A stretch of 64,000 nt of DNA from a bacterium (GCA_965218795.1 OZ244653.1:224001-288000); one strand, 5' to 3'; positions 18,316-28,116 are shown, numbered from the stretch's first letter. Made by a program: numbers and translations. The notes: a model not told the origin generated them from the sequence alone.

Positions 18316-19692
18316 TCACGTCCGCCCGTAGGCCTCCGCGAGGATCTCGACGGGGTGCATGACCCGGACGCTCAACCCCCGCCGCCGGAGGCCCATCTCG
18401 ATCTGAAGCGCGCAGCCCGGGTTGCCGACGGCCAACACGGATGCCCCGGTGGATTCAATGGCATCGACCTTCTTCTCGAGCAGCCGGTCGGCCGCTTCAG
18501 GCTGTGTGAGGTTGTAAATCCCGGCGCTGCCGCAGCACCAGTCCGACCGGGGGAGATCGGTCCACTCCATTCCGGGGACGAGACGGAGAAGGTCGCGGGG
18601 GGGCCGACGCACCCTCTGACCGTGAGCCAGGTGGCAGGCGTCCTGGTAAGTGACCTTCTCTGGGAAGTCATTCCGGAGCGGCCGTAATGCAATCTCCACC
18701 AGGAATTCGTGGATGTCTCTGACGCGGCCGGAAAATTCCCCGGTCCCCTGCGACAAGGTTGGATCATCGGCAAGCACGTGGCCGTACTCCTTCAACATGG
18801 CCCCGCATCCCGCTGCGTTGACGATCACGGGCGCGTCTCCCCGGAGGGCCTCCAGGTTCCGGCGGGCGAGGGACTTTGCGGAATCGACCTCCCCGGCGTG
18901 AGCGTGGAGCGCGCCGCAGCATCCCTGTCCCTCGGGGACCACGACCTCATAGCCGTTCGCCGTCAGGCACCGGATGGTGTCCCGATGAACCTTCCGGAAC
19001 AAAACGTCCATCACGCACCCGGTGAACAGGATGACGCGGCCCCGCTTCTCGCCCTCCGCGGGCGTAACGGGCGGAATGGGCTTCAGGTCAAGGCGGTCCT
19101 CGGGGAGGAGGGCTTCGAGCGTCCCCAGCGGCATCCCCCGCAGGCGCAGCTTCCCGGGTACCCCCGACTTTCGGACAAGCCCCCGGAGACCGGACTTCTG
19201 ATAGAGCCGGGCGGCCCGTCCGAACGCTCGAAGCCGGTTGGGATTCGTCATCAGCTTGTTCAGAAGAATTTTTTGGATGACGCGGTTCCCGAACCCCGCC
19301 GGAGCCTTCGCATCCCCCGTTTTCGCGCGCGCCCTTTGAAGGACGGCCCGGGCGCTCTCCATCGCGCGTCCGAACTGGACGCCGGACGGGCAGACGGTCT
19401 CGCACGCCCGGCAGACCAGGCAGCGCTCCATGTGGAGGGCGAACTTGTCGGAAACGGGAATTTGTCCCTCCGCGGCGGCCTTCATGAGGAGGAGGCGTCC
19501 CCGGGGGGAATCCATCGAGGTCCCCCATTCCTCATAAGTCGGACAGACGGGGAGGCACAACCCGCAGTGCACGCACGCCTCCACGCCATCCAGCGCGCCC
19601 GCCTCGGCCGGCGTAAAGGGACCCTCGGTCATCAAGTTGACGCGCATGAAGATGGTCCATTCAGAAATGGGGGGAACCTGCGTTTCAGTCAT
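18316..19692 (-). CDS. glcF: GlcF-like Fe-S oxidoreductase subunit
   Basis: CVHCGLCLPVCP, CLVCRACETVCP, two CCG domains, YQDACHLAHGQ. Confidence 0.8.
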   Translation of the reverse strand: MTETQVPPISEWTIFMRVNLMTEGPFTPAEAGALDGVEACVHCGLCLPVCPTYEEWGTSMDSPRGRLLLMKAAAEGQIPVSDKFALHMERCLVCRACETVCPSGVQFGRAMESARAVLQRARAKTGDAKAPAGFGNRVIQKILLNKLMTNPNRLRAFGRAARLYQKSGLRGLVRKSGVPGKLRLRGMPLGTLEALLPEDRLDLKPIPPVTPAEGEKRGRVILFTGCVMDVLFRKVHRDTIRCLTANGYEVVVPEGQGCCGALHAHAGEVDSAKSLARRNLEALRGDAPVIVNAAGCGAMLKEYGHVLADDPTLSQGTGEFSGRVRDIHEFLVEIALRPLRNDFPEKVTYQDACHLAHGQRVRRPPRDLLRLVPGMEWTDLPRSDWCCGSAGIYNLTQPEAADRLLEKKVDAIESTGASVLAVGNPGCALQIEMGLRRRGLSVRVMHPVEILAEAYGRT

Positions 19693-19764
19693 TGTATCAT
19701 TGGCTTCATTCGTGTTCAGTCATCCCTTGTTTTGGGGTAAGCGCTTTGTAAGGAGAGGAACGTT

Positions 19765-19837
19765 TTGGAGGCAACGTCCTCCCGCGATTTCGCGGAGCCC
19801 ATCGAGCGCCGCAGCCGGGCTGAATGAGCGTATCGAA
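19765..19837. repeat. dispersed ~73-bp intergenic repeat, copy 1
   Basis: TTGGAGGCAACG...TTTCGCGG...GCGCCGCAG.CGGGCTGAAT...ATCGAA recurs inverted at 25296-25368. Confidence 0.6.
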
Positions 19838-19895
19838 CGTGACGAAATCTTGTGCCCGGCGAAACCGGAGCAGGCCGTGTTTGCCCCCGGATGCT

Positions 19896-19951
19896 GGTGG
19901 GGCGGGCTTCCAGCCCGCCTTGCTGGCGGCGGCCCAGATGGCCGCCTCACG
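19896..19951. repeat. REP doublet (REPIN), copy 2
   Basis: GGTGGGGCGGGCTTCCAGCCCGCC...GGCGGCCCAGATGGCCGCCTCACG. Confidence 0.7.
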
Positions 19952-20162
19952 ACGTTGGGGATTCCACTGACCGCGGGTTCGTCGGCGCGGAACGAGGACT
20001 TCGTTGTCCGGATTCACGCATTCCTGCGGAATGCTCCCGCATCCGGACAAGACGCTATCGAGAATAGAGAGTTTTACTGAGGGGAGCGGGGAGCGCCTTT
20101 CAAAAAGCGTCCCCGCATGAAGCGGGCCCGTCACCATGGGAATGAGTGCCAGTCCCGTTCGG

Positions 20163-20191
20163 TTGACACCCGCCGACCGTCCCCCTATTTT
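20163..20191 (+). promoter_or_regulatory. putative sigma70 promoter
   Basis: TTGACA-N17-TATTTT upstream of the peroxiredoxin gene. Confidence 0.45.
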
Positions 20192-20341
20192 GAAGATTCA
20201 GCGGCTCCCACGTTCATTTCGAGCCGAATGGAATGACGGGCGGGCAGGGGGAGTGTTCCTGCTGGCGTCACAGGAGCGTCTGAGCGGGATCATCGCGCCC
20301 ATTCGATGATGGGTAGTTACCTCTTCAGGGGAGAAAGAAGC

Positions 20342-20797
20342 ATGGTGATTCAAGCAGGGGAGCAGGCGCCCGCCCTCACGGCGAAGGCCACGGGAGACCG
20401 GGAAGTGTCGCTTTCCGATTACGCGGGAAGCAAGAATGTCATGCTGGCATTTTTCCCGTTCGCCTTCAGTCCGGTTTGTTCCGAGCAGATCCCGGACTAC
20501 TCCCAAAATGCGGCCCGGTTCGAGGAGCTGAACACCGAGGTGATGGCCGTCAGCGTAGACAGCCCATGGTCTCAGGGAGCGTGGGCCGAACAGTACGGGG
20601 TACAGATTCCCGTCCTGAGCGATTTCAGCAAGGAGATCACCAACGCCTACGGCGTGATGCACGACATGGGGATGTCCGAGCGGGCGGTGGTCATTATCGA
20701 CAAGAACGGCAAGGTCGCGTATTCACACATCCAGGAAAACATCCGGGAAGTCCCCAGCCTGGATTCGATCTTCGCCGAGCTCGAAAAGATTCAATAG
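20342..20797 (+). CDS. peroxiredoxin (AhpE/AhpC-TSA family)
   Basis: FFPFAFSPVCSEQ, SVDSPW, SERAVVIIDKNG. Confidence 0.85.
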   Translation: MVIQAGEQAPALTAKATGDREVSLSDYAGSKNVMLAFFPFAFSPVCSEQIPDYSQNAARFEELNTEVMAVSVDSPWSQGAWAEQYGVQIPVLSDFSKEITNAYGVMHDMGMSERAVVIIDKNGKVAYSHIQENIREVPSLDSIFAELEKIQ

Positions 20798-20809
20798 AAA
20801 GGCGGGAGA

Positions 20810-21250
20810 TTGCCGTCCGCACAGGAAGAGGGCCGGTCCGGCCGGAGGCCGCCGTTCATCGAGGATCTGCTTCCCGGGATGGAGGCGAGGCACGAGTATC
20901 GCGTGGAGGTGGGCGACCTCGCCGATGCCTTCGGCAACACGGGGGTCAAGGTGCTGGGCACGCCGGCGCTCATCGGCTGGCTGGAGCAGACGGCGTCCAG
21001 TCTCATCCGCCCGAAGCTTCCGCCGGGGACCCTGACCGTCGGAACTCTGGTCAACATCCGTCACTTGGCGGCGGCGGCGCAGGGAGCAAAGGTCATGACG
21101 ACGGGCCGGATCCTGGAAGTGAACGGCCGAAGGGTGGTCTTCGAGGTCGAGGCCCGCGATGAGGTCGAAAAGCTGGCCGAGGGCACTCACGAGCGGTTCA
21201 TCGTGGACGAGGCCGGATTCCTGGCCCGGTCTTCCGAGAAAACCTCCTAA
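20810..21250 (+). CDS. FlK-like hotdog thioesterase
   Basis: VLGTPALIGWLE (Thr, Glu), NIRHLAA (His), GTHERF. Confidence 0.8.
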   Translation: MPSAQEEGRSGRRPPFIEDLLPGMEARHEYRVEVGDLADAFGNTGVKVLGTPALIGWLEQTASSLIRPKLPPGTLTVGTLVNIRHLAAAAQGAKVMTTGRILEVNGRRVVFEVEARDEVEKLAEGTHERFIVDEAGFLARSSEKTS

Positions 21251-21432
21251 CGAGATAAGGATTCGCGGGGGGGGGCTGGGAGAGGCAACGCGCCCGTCCC
21301 TGAGTCCGGATATCCATGATGGACCACGACCGAGGAATCGGTTGACTTGCATTTTGTTTCCCTTGTGCGAAAATCAGATATGAAATTGCCACCTTGTACA
21401 ACTGTTTTGAATTCCAAAGGGGGAGGCAAAAC

Positions 21433-21714
21433 ATGAAAAAGTCGGCCATTGCAGTGATTCTGTTGTTCGGCGTGGCTGTACTCGCCCCGGCGGGTGTGGC
21501 CTTCGCGGACGGATTCAGTGCCTGCGGCTTCGGAAGCAAAGCCCTTCAGGCCAAGAAGGACGTGAAGGAAATCGAAGCCTCCTACGCGACCATGATCAAA
21601 GACGCCAGGAAGGACGGAGCGGTCTCCGAAATTGAGCGGGTGACCCTCGATTTCTACCGTCTGGACAATGGCATGAGTCAGGCCCGCGCAAAAGCGATTG
21701 AAAGCGGCAGCTGA
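21433..21714 (+). CDS. small secreted hypothetical protein
   Basis: GGGAGG RBS, signal peptide MKKSAIAVILLFGVAVLAPAGVAFA, followed by a terminator. Confidence 0.7.
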   Translation: MKKSAIAVILLFGVAVLAPAGVAFADGFSACGFGSKALQAKKDVKEIEASYATMIKDARKDGAVSEIERVTLDFYRLDNGMSQARAKAIESGS

Positions 21715-21740
21715 GTCCGACCGGGATTGACTTGAGCAGG

Positions 21741-21774
21741 TCCCCCTCGTCCGCTGGGCAGGGGGATTCTTTTT
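21741..21774 (+). terminator. rho-independent terminator
   Basis: TCCCCCT...AGGGGGA stem followed by TTCTTTTT. Confidence 0.55.
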
Positions 21775-21882
21775 CTGCGGGCAGTTGCCCGGGGGGCGGG
21801 AATCCCCTAAATTCTTATCGATAGGGATACGCTTTGGATGGTTCCAGTGATCGAAAGATGTCCCAGGAAGGCCGCTTCTCTC

Positions 21883-22296
21883 ATGAAGGTTTTCTCAAGA
21901 CAGAGTCTGCTTTTGATCGTGATGGGTCTCGCCCTGGCGACCGGCGGCTGTAGCTGGTTCGGTGGCTGGTTCAAGAGCAAGCCCGAGGAAGACCCCGAAC
22001 TCAAGGGGAAAGTCGCCTTCAAGGTCACCATTGCCGCCAAGCGGTATTCGTTTCGGCCCGACATCATCCGGGTGAAACAGGGAACCCCGTTGGAAATCAC
22101 GCTGAAGAGCGAAGACGTCCCCCACGGGTTCGGGATTCGGCGGCCCGGCCGGTCGCAGAATTTCGGCGCCTTCGAGCCCGGCAGACCCCTCCGCGTGCTG
22201 ATACGGACCCAGAAGAAGGAAATCATCGAGTTCTTCAGCACGGTCTACAGCGGCGTCGATTACTACAAGATGAAGGGCAAGATCATTGTCGAGTGA
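21883..22296 (+). CDS. cupredoxin-fold (CoxII-C-like) lipoprotein with degenerate CuA site
   Basis: lipobox-like LATGGC; FRPDIIRVKQG, SEDVPHGF, FFSTVYSGVDYYKMKGKIIVE. Confidence 0.75.
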   Translation: MKVFSRQSLLLIVMGLALATGGCSWFGGWFKSKPEEDPELKGKVAFKVTIAAKRYSFRPDIIRVKQGTPLEITLKSEDVPHGFGIRRPGRSQNFGAFEPGRPLRVLIRTQKKEIIEFFSTVYSGVDYYKMKGKIIVE

Positions 22297-22909
22297 ACCG
22301 GACGTTCTGGGTTCCCGGGTGAAAGACAAACCGGCCGGGGGCCGGCAGGCAACAACGAGCGAGCGGAGAATGCTCCGGCTGCTGGCTGTCATCCCCCTGG
22401 CCTTCCTGTTGATCCTGGGGGGCTACGCCTGGCTCACGCGGGTTCAAGGGCCTCCCGCCGCCAAACCGCTCCCATTGCGCGCGGGGGAGGAAGCGCCAGG
22501 CTTCACCTTTCCGGACCTCGACGGCCGCCGGGTCTCCCTGTCGGATTATCGGGGCCGGGTCGTCTTCCTGAACGTTTGGGCGACTTGGTGCGTGACGTGC
22601 ACATGGGAGATGCCTTCCATGGAGGCCCTTCACCGGAGATACCGAGATCAGGACCTGGCCATGGTCACCGTGAGTATCGACGCCCTGGGAAAGGACGTGG
22701 TCGCCCCTTACATGGATAAGCTGGGTTTGACCTTCGGATCGCTCCTGGATCCGAAAGGAAATATCCGGAAGTTGTACCGAATCACCGGCGTGCCCGAAAC
22801 CTTCATCATCGGCCGCCAGGGAAAGCTTTTTCGCAAGATTGTGGGCCCGCGCGAGTGGACGAGCCGGGAGAACATCGAGCTCATCGAGATCGCCCTGCGC
22901 TCATCCTGA
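22286..22909 (+). CDS. TlpA/ResA-family membrane-anchored thiol-disulfide oxidoreductase
   Basis: TM anchor, LNVWATWCVTC, GVPETFII; start may be 22370. Confidence 0.85.
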   Translation: MSSEPDVLGSRVKDKPAGGRQATTSERRMLRLLAVIPLAFLLILGGYAWLTRVQGPPAAKPLPLRAGEEAPGFTFPDLDGRRVSLSDYRGRVVFLNVWATWCVTCTWEMPSMEALHRRYRDQDLAMVTVSIDALGKDVVAPYMDKLGLTFGSLLDPKGNIRKLYRITGVPETFIIGRQGKLFRKIVGPREWTSRENIELIEIALRSS

Positions 22910-22933
22910 GGGATTCCGGTCCACGCCGCGGGT

Positions 22934-24079
22934 TCACGCCTCCTCCTCGAAAAACCCCAGACGGGTCTTCTCATCGACCTCCAGCGCAATCGCCTTGAGG
23001 AGAGCGGCTGACTGCACCATGTCGTTCAGGTCGATCATTTCGACGGGCGTGTGGAAATACCGGCCGGGCGCGATGCCGAGACAGCCCGCGGGAATTCCCC
23101 TTCTGACCATCTGGAAATATGCCGAATCGCCCGACGTATGGTCGTTGACCTGAATTTGCAGCTCGATCCCGTGCCGCTCCGCGGTGTTCAAGAGCACTCG
23201 CTTCACGGCCGGCGTCATGGTCACCCGGCCGGCCGACTGCGGCATGGAGATGCTGCCTCCCGTGAGCGTCACGACCGGCCCTCCCCCCATTCGCACCGTC
23301 GAATCCCCCTCGCGCAGGTCGGGCGTATCGTCTCCTATGGCGATCTCCAGGGCCAGGGCGAGATCTGGATCCACATGGTAGGCGGCGATATGTGCGCCTC
23401 GCAGCACGACTTCCTCCTGGACCGTGACCACGCCGTACAGCGTACCGGGCAGCTCGTGTTCACGGAGGTCGCGGAAGAGCTCGATGAGCAGGGCGCAGGA
23501 ACACCGGTTGTCGATGGAGGTTCCGCAGAGGATGTCGCCATCCCCCATCTCGAAGCAGTCGGGCTCGAAGCAGATCGGATCGCCCACCCGGATCCCCAGT
23601 CGCCGAACCTCCTCATCGCTTCGGGCGCCCACATCGATATAGAGGGAACGGAGGGGAGGCGCCTCCGCCGGCGAGGGCGCCCCCGCCGCGGTCTTGAGAT
23701 GGGGCGGTCTGAACCCGATGACGCCGAGCCGTCCCTTCACGCGGATCTTCCGGGCGGGGAGGATAGTGTTCGTGATGGTCCCCATTCGCTCGAACCGGAT
23801 GAAACCGTCCGGCTCGATCCGCTGGACGACAAAGCCAATCTGGTCGGAGTGGGCGGCGAACATCAGCCGGGGACGCTCGGACCGTCCGGAGCGCCGCGCG
23901 TAGATGGTTCCGAACCGATCGACCGTCACCTCGTCGGAGAGCGGCCGGAGCGCGTCGGCCAAGTAGCGGACGACCTCCTGCTCGTGTCCCGCGACGCCCG
24001 GAAGTTTGCACAGGGCCTTGATCTCTTCGCGTAGGCGTTCTTTGATTTCGACTCCTTGACTCTCAGCCCGATCTGTCAC
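22934..24079 (-). CDS. M42-family metallopeptidase
   Basis: AAHSDQIG, IDNRCS, TVQEEV, YFHTPVE; GTG start after GAGGGG. Confidence 0.85.
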   Translation of the reverse strand: MTDRAESQGVEIKERLREEIKALCKLPGVAGHEQEVVRYLADALRPLSDEVTVDRFGTIYARRSGRSERPRLMFAAHSDQIGFVVQRIEPDGFIRFERMGTITNTILPARKIRVKGRLGVIGFRPPHLKTAAGAPSPAEAPPLRSLYIDVGARSDEEVRRLGIRVGDPICFEPDCFEMGDGDILCGTSIDNRCSCALLIELFRDLREHELPGTLYGVVTVQEEVVLRGAHIAAYHVDPDLALALEIAIGDDTPDLREGDSTVRMGGGPVVTLTGGSISMPQSAGRVTMTPAVKRVLLNTAERHGIELQIQVNDHTSGDSAYFQMVRRGIPAGCLGIAPGRYFHTPVEMIDLNDMVQSAALLKAIALEVDEKTRLGFFEEEA

Positions 24080-24090
24080 GTATGCGCCCC

Positions 24091-25098
24091 TCAGGGGAAG
24101 ATCTTCTCCTTCGGGAGGTACGCCCGCGTGTAGACGTCCTTGGGGTCGATTTTCCGCGGGAGGTCCATGTACGTTTGGAACAGGGTTACCGTATCTGCCA
24201 TTTTCTTGTCGCCGATCCAGCCAAGCCCGTGTGTTTTGGTCTCCTCCGTTGCGATGTTTCGCATGGCGATGCCCCATTCAGCCCGCGTCAGGGCAGGGTC
24301 TTTGTCCGGATAGACTTTCAGAAATTCCGCTACCGCAGCATCAGGGTGTTTGATAGCCCAGACCTGCGATTGCAGGATGGCGCGCACCATGCGCCGGGCC
24401 TGATTGGGGTTCTGCTGTAGCCGGTCGTCCCGGGCGATGATGTTGTAGGAGTAAACGTCGATGCCGTGTTCACCCCAGAGCATCTCATTGACCTTCACTC
24501 CGGCCTTTTTCGCCTGTCTCTGAAGCGCGGGATAGACCGTGGTGAGGGTCAGGAGGAAGTCGACTTTGCCCGCCAGAAGGCTTGGATTCTTCGCCGATGG
24601 GGTCATTTGCACGAATTCCCATGTCTTGATCCCATGGAGCTTCGCGAAGGCGGGGTAGAGGATGATGCCCCCTCCGGCTGAATCGCCGATACTCTTGCCC
24701 TCCAGATCTTTTGGCTTGCGAATGCCTGATTTTTCGAGGGTGTAGATGGCCATGAGGTTCCCGGGAATGGCCATCGCGATGATCTTCACGGGAACCCCTC
24801 TCGAACGTCCCACGACTGTATAAGACGTCCCGCAGTAGCCGTAGTCCACCTCCTTCGCGCCGGTCCGTTGCACTGTGTTGGCCGACCCCGAACCCCGGAT
24901 GAGGTTGAGGTCAATGCCCTCAGCCTTGAATACGCCGCGCCGCAGCCCTGAGTAAAAGGCGGCGTGGATCCCACTCGGCACCCAATCCAGCATCATGTCG
25001 AGGCGCTCCGCCCTTGCCGAGCCGAGAAACAGGACGACGAACGCGAGGCATGCGCCGAGAGCCAACAATCGCCTGAGAAATGCGTGTGTGATCGTCAT
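24091..25098 (-). CDS. ABC transporter substrate-binding protein (NMT1/THI5-like)
   Basis: signal peptide, LDWVPSGIHAAFY, GSGS, PKDLEGKSIG. Confidence 0.8.
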   Translation of the reverse strand: MTITHAFLRRLLALGACLAFVVLFLGSARAERLDMMLDWVPSGIHAAFYSGLRRGVFKAEGIDLNLIRGSGSANTVQRTGAKEVDYGYCGTSYTVVGRSRGVPVKIIAMAIPGNLMAIYTLEKSGIRKPKDLEGKSIGDSAGGGIILYPAFAKLHGIKTWEFVQMTPSAKNPSLLAGKVDFLLTLTTVYPALQRQAKKAGVKVNEMLWGEHGIDVYSYNIIARDDRLQQNPNQARRMVRAILQSQVWAIKHPDAAVAEFLKVYPDKDPALTRAEWGIAMRNIATEETKTHGLGWIGDKKMADTVTLFQTYMDLPRKIDPKDVYTRAYLPKEKIFP

Positions 25099-25295
25099 GG
25101 CTGGGTCCTCCTCCGGTTCCAGGGGCCTCACCGGGCCGTGGTGCGTCCGGCATGAGTTTCCTCCTTTGTTTCGGATGATCGCAGGCTAGCAACGACACCC
25201 AGTCAGGTCAACCATTTTTCGTTGAAGTGAAATTTTCCCAGGGGCCCAGCAGGCGGGGCCAGCAACGGTTTCGCTGGTCGCAAGGCGTACTGATT

Positions 25296-25368
25296 TTCGA
25301 TGCCGCGATTCAGCCCGACTGCGGCGCCCAACCGGCGCCGCGAAACCGTAGAGGCGCGTTGCCTCCAA
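25296..25368. repeat. dispersed ~73-bp intergenic repeat, copy 2
   Basis: reverse complement aligns with 19765-19837. Confidence 0.6.
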
Positions 25369-25597
25369 TGAAGTCTCTCCTCGAAGAAATATCCGTGAGC
25401 CCTGGCTTCCGCTCGAATCGGGGTCATTCGGGGCGCAAGCGCTTTGAAGCCGTTCGGAAAGAGGATTAAACTGATGAATGGTTGGTTCAGGCGTAATCAG
25501 GCGGGGATATCCGGGTTCGGTCAATGTCGAGGAGGCTGCAGGCGCATCGGCCCGCGGGCCATCCGATTTGAATCCCGATTTTCAGAGGAATGCTGTC

Positions 25598-26230
25598 ATG
25601 AGTTCAGAGTCTCTGGAAGTTTTGGTCTATCACGATTACTGCTGACCGTGGTGTTACAATTCCGCCGTGCGGCTGGAACAGGTCAAGGAAAAGTATGGCG
25701 ACCGGATCGACATCCAGTATCGGTCCTTTCTCCTGCGGGCCGAGCCGGACCCGACCGTAGTCTTCAACGATTACCGCCGTCAGCATTGGGAGCGGGCCAA
25801 CGGGCAGGGGGACGGAGGTGCGTTCCGTCCCTGGCACAGCGAGGAGCCTTTCCCCAATCACAGTCTGCCTTCCTCCGAGGCGGCCAAGTGCGCCGCGCTG
25901 CAGGGGGAGGACGCCCACCGTCGCTTTCATTTCGCTGTGCTGAAGGGGGCCTTCGAGGACAGCCGGAACATCAGCGACCCCAAGGTCTTGACGGAGATTG
26001 CCGAGGAGCAGGGTCTCGATGTCCCCCGGTTCAAGGAAGACCTCCTGAGCGGTTCGCAGAAGGACAACGTTATCCGGGAATATGTCGAAGGGGTGAACCA
26101 CTTCGGCGTCCAGTCGATCCCCACCGTGATCCTCGGGCGTGAGCGGGCCCTGGTCGGCGCGGTTCCGCGCGAACAGTACGACCAAGTCATCGATCAGCTT
26201 TTGGAATCACGGGACGACCCTTCGTCCTGA
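25598..26230 (+). CDS. DsbA/FrnE-family oxidoreductase, probable selenoprotein (Sec at TGA 25643-25645)
   Basis: AGAGGA RBS + ATG 25598; MSSESLEVLVYHDYC-TGA-PWCYNSAVRLEQ in frame with track ORF 25667-26230; GVQSIPT cis-Pro motif; SECIS-like hairpin 25660-25678. Confidence 0.8.
25660..25678 (+). promoter_or_regulatory. candidate bacterial SECIS element
   Basis: TTCC-GCC-GTGC-GGC-T-GGAA hairpin; first loop base G lies 22 nt after the TGA. Confidence 0.55.
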
Positions 26231-26250
26231 GCCACCCGGAGACTGCCGAG

Positions 26251-27225
26251 TTGCCCAGCCTAGCCGATGTCCCGGGCGTCCGCGTCGGACACGCGCAGGA
26301 TCCGGAGGCCCTAACCGGCTGCACCGTCATTCTGTTTGAAGGCGGGGCCGTGGCCGGGCTGGACCTTCGGGGAAGCGCGACTGGCACTCGGCAGATGGAT
26401 GCCCTGCGCCCGCAGCACCTGGTCGGGCGGATCGACGCCGTGTTCTTCTCCGGAGGGAGCGCGTTCGGCCTCGACGCCGCGGCCGGCGTGATGACCTACC
26501 TGGAGGAGCGGGGCGTCGGTTTTCCCACCGGCCAAACCAGCGTCCCTATTGTTCCCGCCGCGATCCTTTACGACCTGGCCCTGGGAAGGAGCGACGTCCG
26601 CCCGACGCCGGACATGGCCCGACGCGCCTGCGAAGCCGCCGACGGACCGGACGGCCGCGCGCCCGCCGAGGGTTCGGCCGGAGCGGGGACCGGGGCGAGC
26701 GTCGGCAAGCTGTTCGGCCCCCGGCGGGGAATGAAGGGCGGCGTGGGGACTTGGTCGTTGAGTTCGCCCAAGGGCGCCGCCGTTGGGGCCCTGGCCGTCG
26801 TCAACGCCTTCGGCGACGTGATCTGCCGGGAAACGGGAAGAATTCTCGCGGGCGCCCGAACGGCCGAGGACTCCCTGGAGCTTGCGGACATGGCCGGCAT
26901 GATGCGCCGGGGGATCACGCGCGATACATTCAGCGGGGAGAACACGACCCTCTGCTGCGTGGCCACCGACGCCCGGCTGGACCGCGCCTCGGCGGAGAAG
27001 CTGGCCCAATTCGCGGCGGGCGGAATGGAGCGGACCCTGCGTCCCGCCTTCACCACCCTGGACGGAGACTTGGTGATCGCCGCTTCGGCGGGAGAGAGGG
27101 AAGAGGACCTGAACGTCCTGGGCCTTCTGGCCCAGGAGGCCGTCGCCGTCGCCGTCAACCGCGCCGTGACCGAGGCGGAACCCCTCGGCGGCCTGCCGGC
27201 GGCGAAAGACCTTCCGCAATCCTGA
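26251..27225 (+). CDS. P1/DmpA-family (S58) peptidase
   Basis: LADVPGVRVGH, GGSAFGL, GAGTGA, KGGVGT, ENTTL, TTLDGD. Confidence 0.85.
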   Translation: MPSLADVPGVRVGHAQDPEALTGCTVILFEGGAVAGLDLRGSATGTRQMDALRPQHLVGRIDAVFFSGGSAFGLDAAAGVMTYLEERGVGFPTGQTSVPIVPAAILYDLALGRSDVRPTPDMARRACEAADGPDGRAPAEGSAGAGTGASVGKLFGPRRGMKGGVGTWSLSSPKGAAVGALAVVNAFGDVICRETGRILAGARTAEDSLELADMAGMMRRGITRDTFSGENTTLCCVATDARLDRASAEKLAQFAAGGMERTLRPAFTTLDGDLVIAASAGEREEDLNVLGLLAQEAVAVAVNRAVTEAEPLGGLPAAKDLPQS

Positions 27226-27888
27226 CTTGAATCCCGCCGGTATCCTGAATCACGATTCCTCGCGCGGCCGCCGAGTTTTCATCGGACGAACACCTGAACG
27301 GGTGGTCGGACAACACGAAATCCCTCCCGATGGAATGGCACCCGAAACACAGAGGAATGCCGTTGCCGCTGGCCACGGGCTTGGAACCGTCGGTCGTGCT
27401 GGCGACCTCAATACCAGAACCGCCCCGCCCTGAAGCTTTCCGCTCCCGTCGTACATCTCCTTAGACGATGGAAGCTCCGGACGGATGCGATTTGTTTCCG
27501 GCGGCCAGCGAACAATATGCGCAATCATCATGCGGGGCAACCATGAAAGCAGAGAACGACGCTGAACGGTCCGAATTGGCGGAAGGACCTTCGGCAGGAT
27601 GCGAAAATGCGCAATTCCAAGGCTGTTCTTAAGCAGCCCATCATCTTTTTGATTGCATTGATTCGATGAAGGATTCACCGCTTCGGAGAATGTAATGATG
27701 AATCCCGTTTTCGAGCGCCTCGAAGAACTTGTCTTGATGTTCAGATGTCCCATCATGGTTGAGGGGACAAATGACCAATCTTCATTGACATAGGCATACT
27801 TTGAGACATAAGGTGAAAATAAGGAATTTTATTGTTTTGGTCTCAATCGGGAATGAAATCTGAATGTGTTGAGGGATGAAATCGGCAG

Positions 27889-28116
27889 ATGGGTTTCGGC
27901 ATTATCGAGATCCTGATCATAGTTGGAATCATCATCCTGCTTGCGGGGGGAAAGCGTCTGCCGGAGTTGGGCTCCAGCCTGGCCAAAGCCATCCAGGGAT
28001 TCAAGCGAACGATGAAGGAGTCCGACCACATCAATGTCACCCCCCAGGAGAAGCGGGAAAACGGAAGTTCGACGGATTCCGCCGATGATCAGGAGGACGC
28101 GAAACGGGCCTCATAA
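27889..28116 (+). CDS. tatA: twin-arginine translocase TatA/TatE
   Basis: GIIEILIIVGIIILLAGGKRLPELGSSLAKAIQGFK. Confidence 0.88.
   Translation: MGFGIIEILIIVGIIILLAGGKRLPELGSSLAKAIQGFKRTMKESDHINVTPQEKRENGSSTDSADDQEDAKRAS

Noticed and set aside
27250-27756. 168-aa ORF between the peptidase and tatA
   Set aside because: No RBS or motif and atypical composition; likely intergenic or degenerate DNA.
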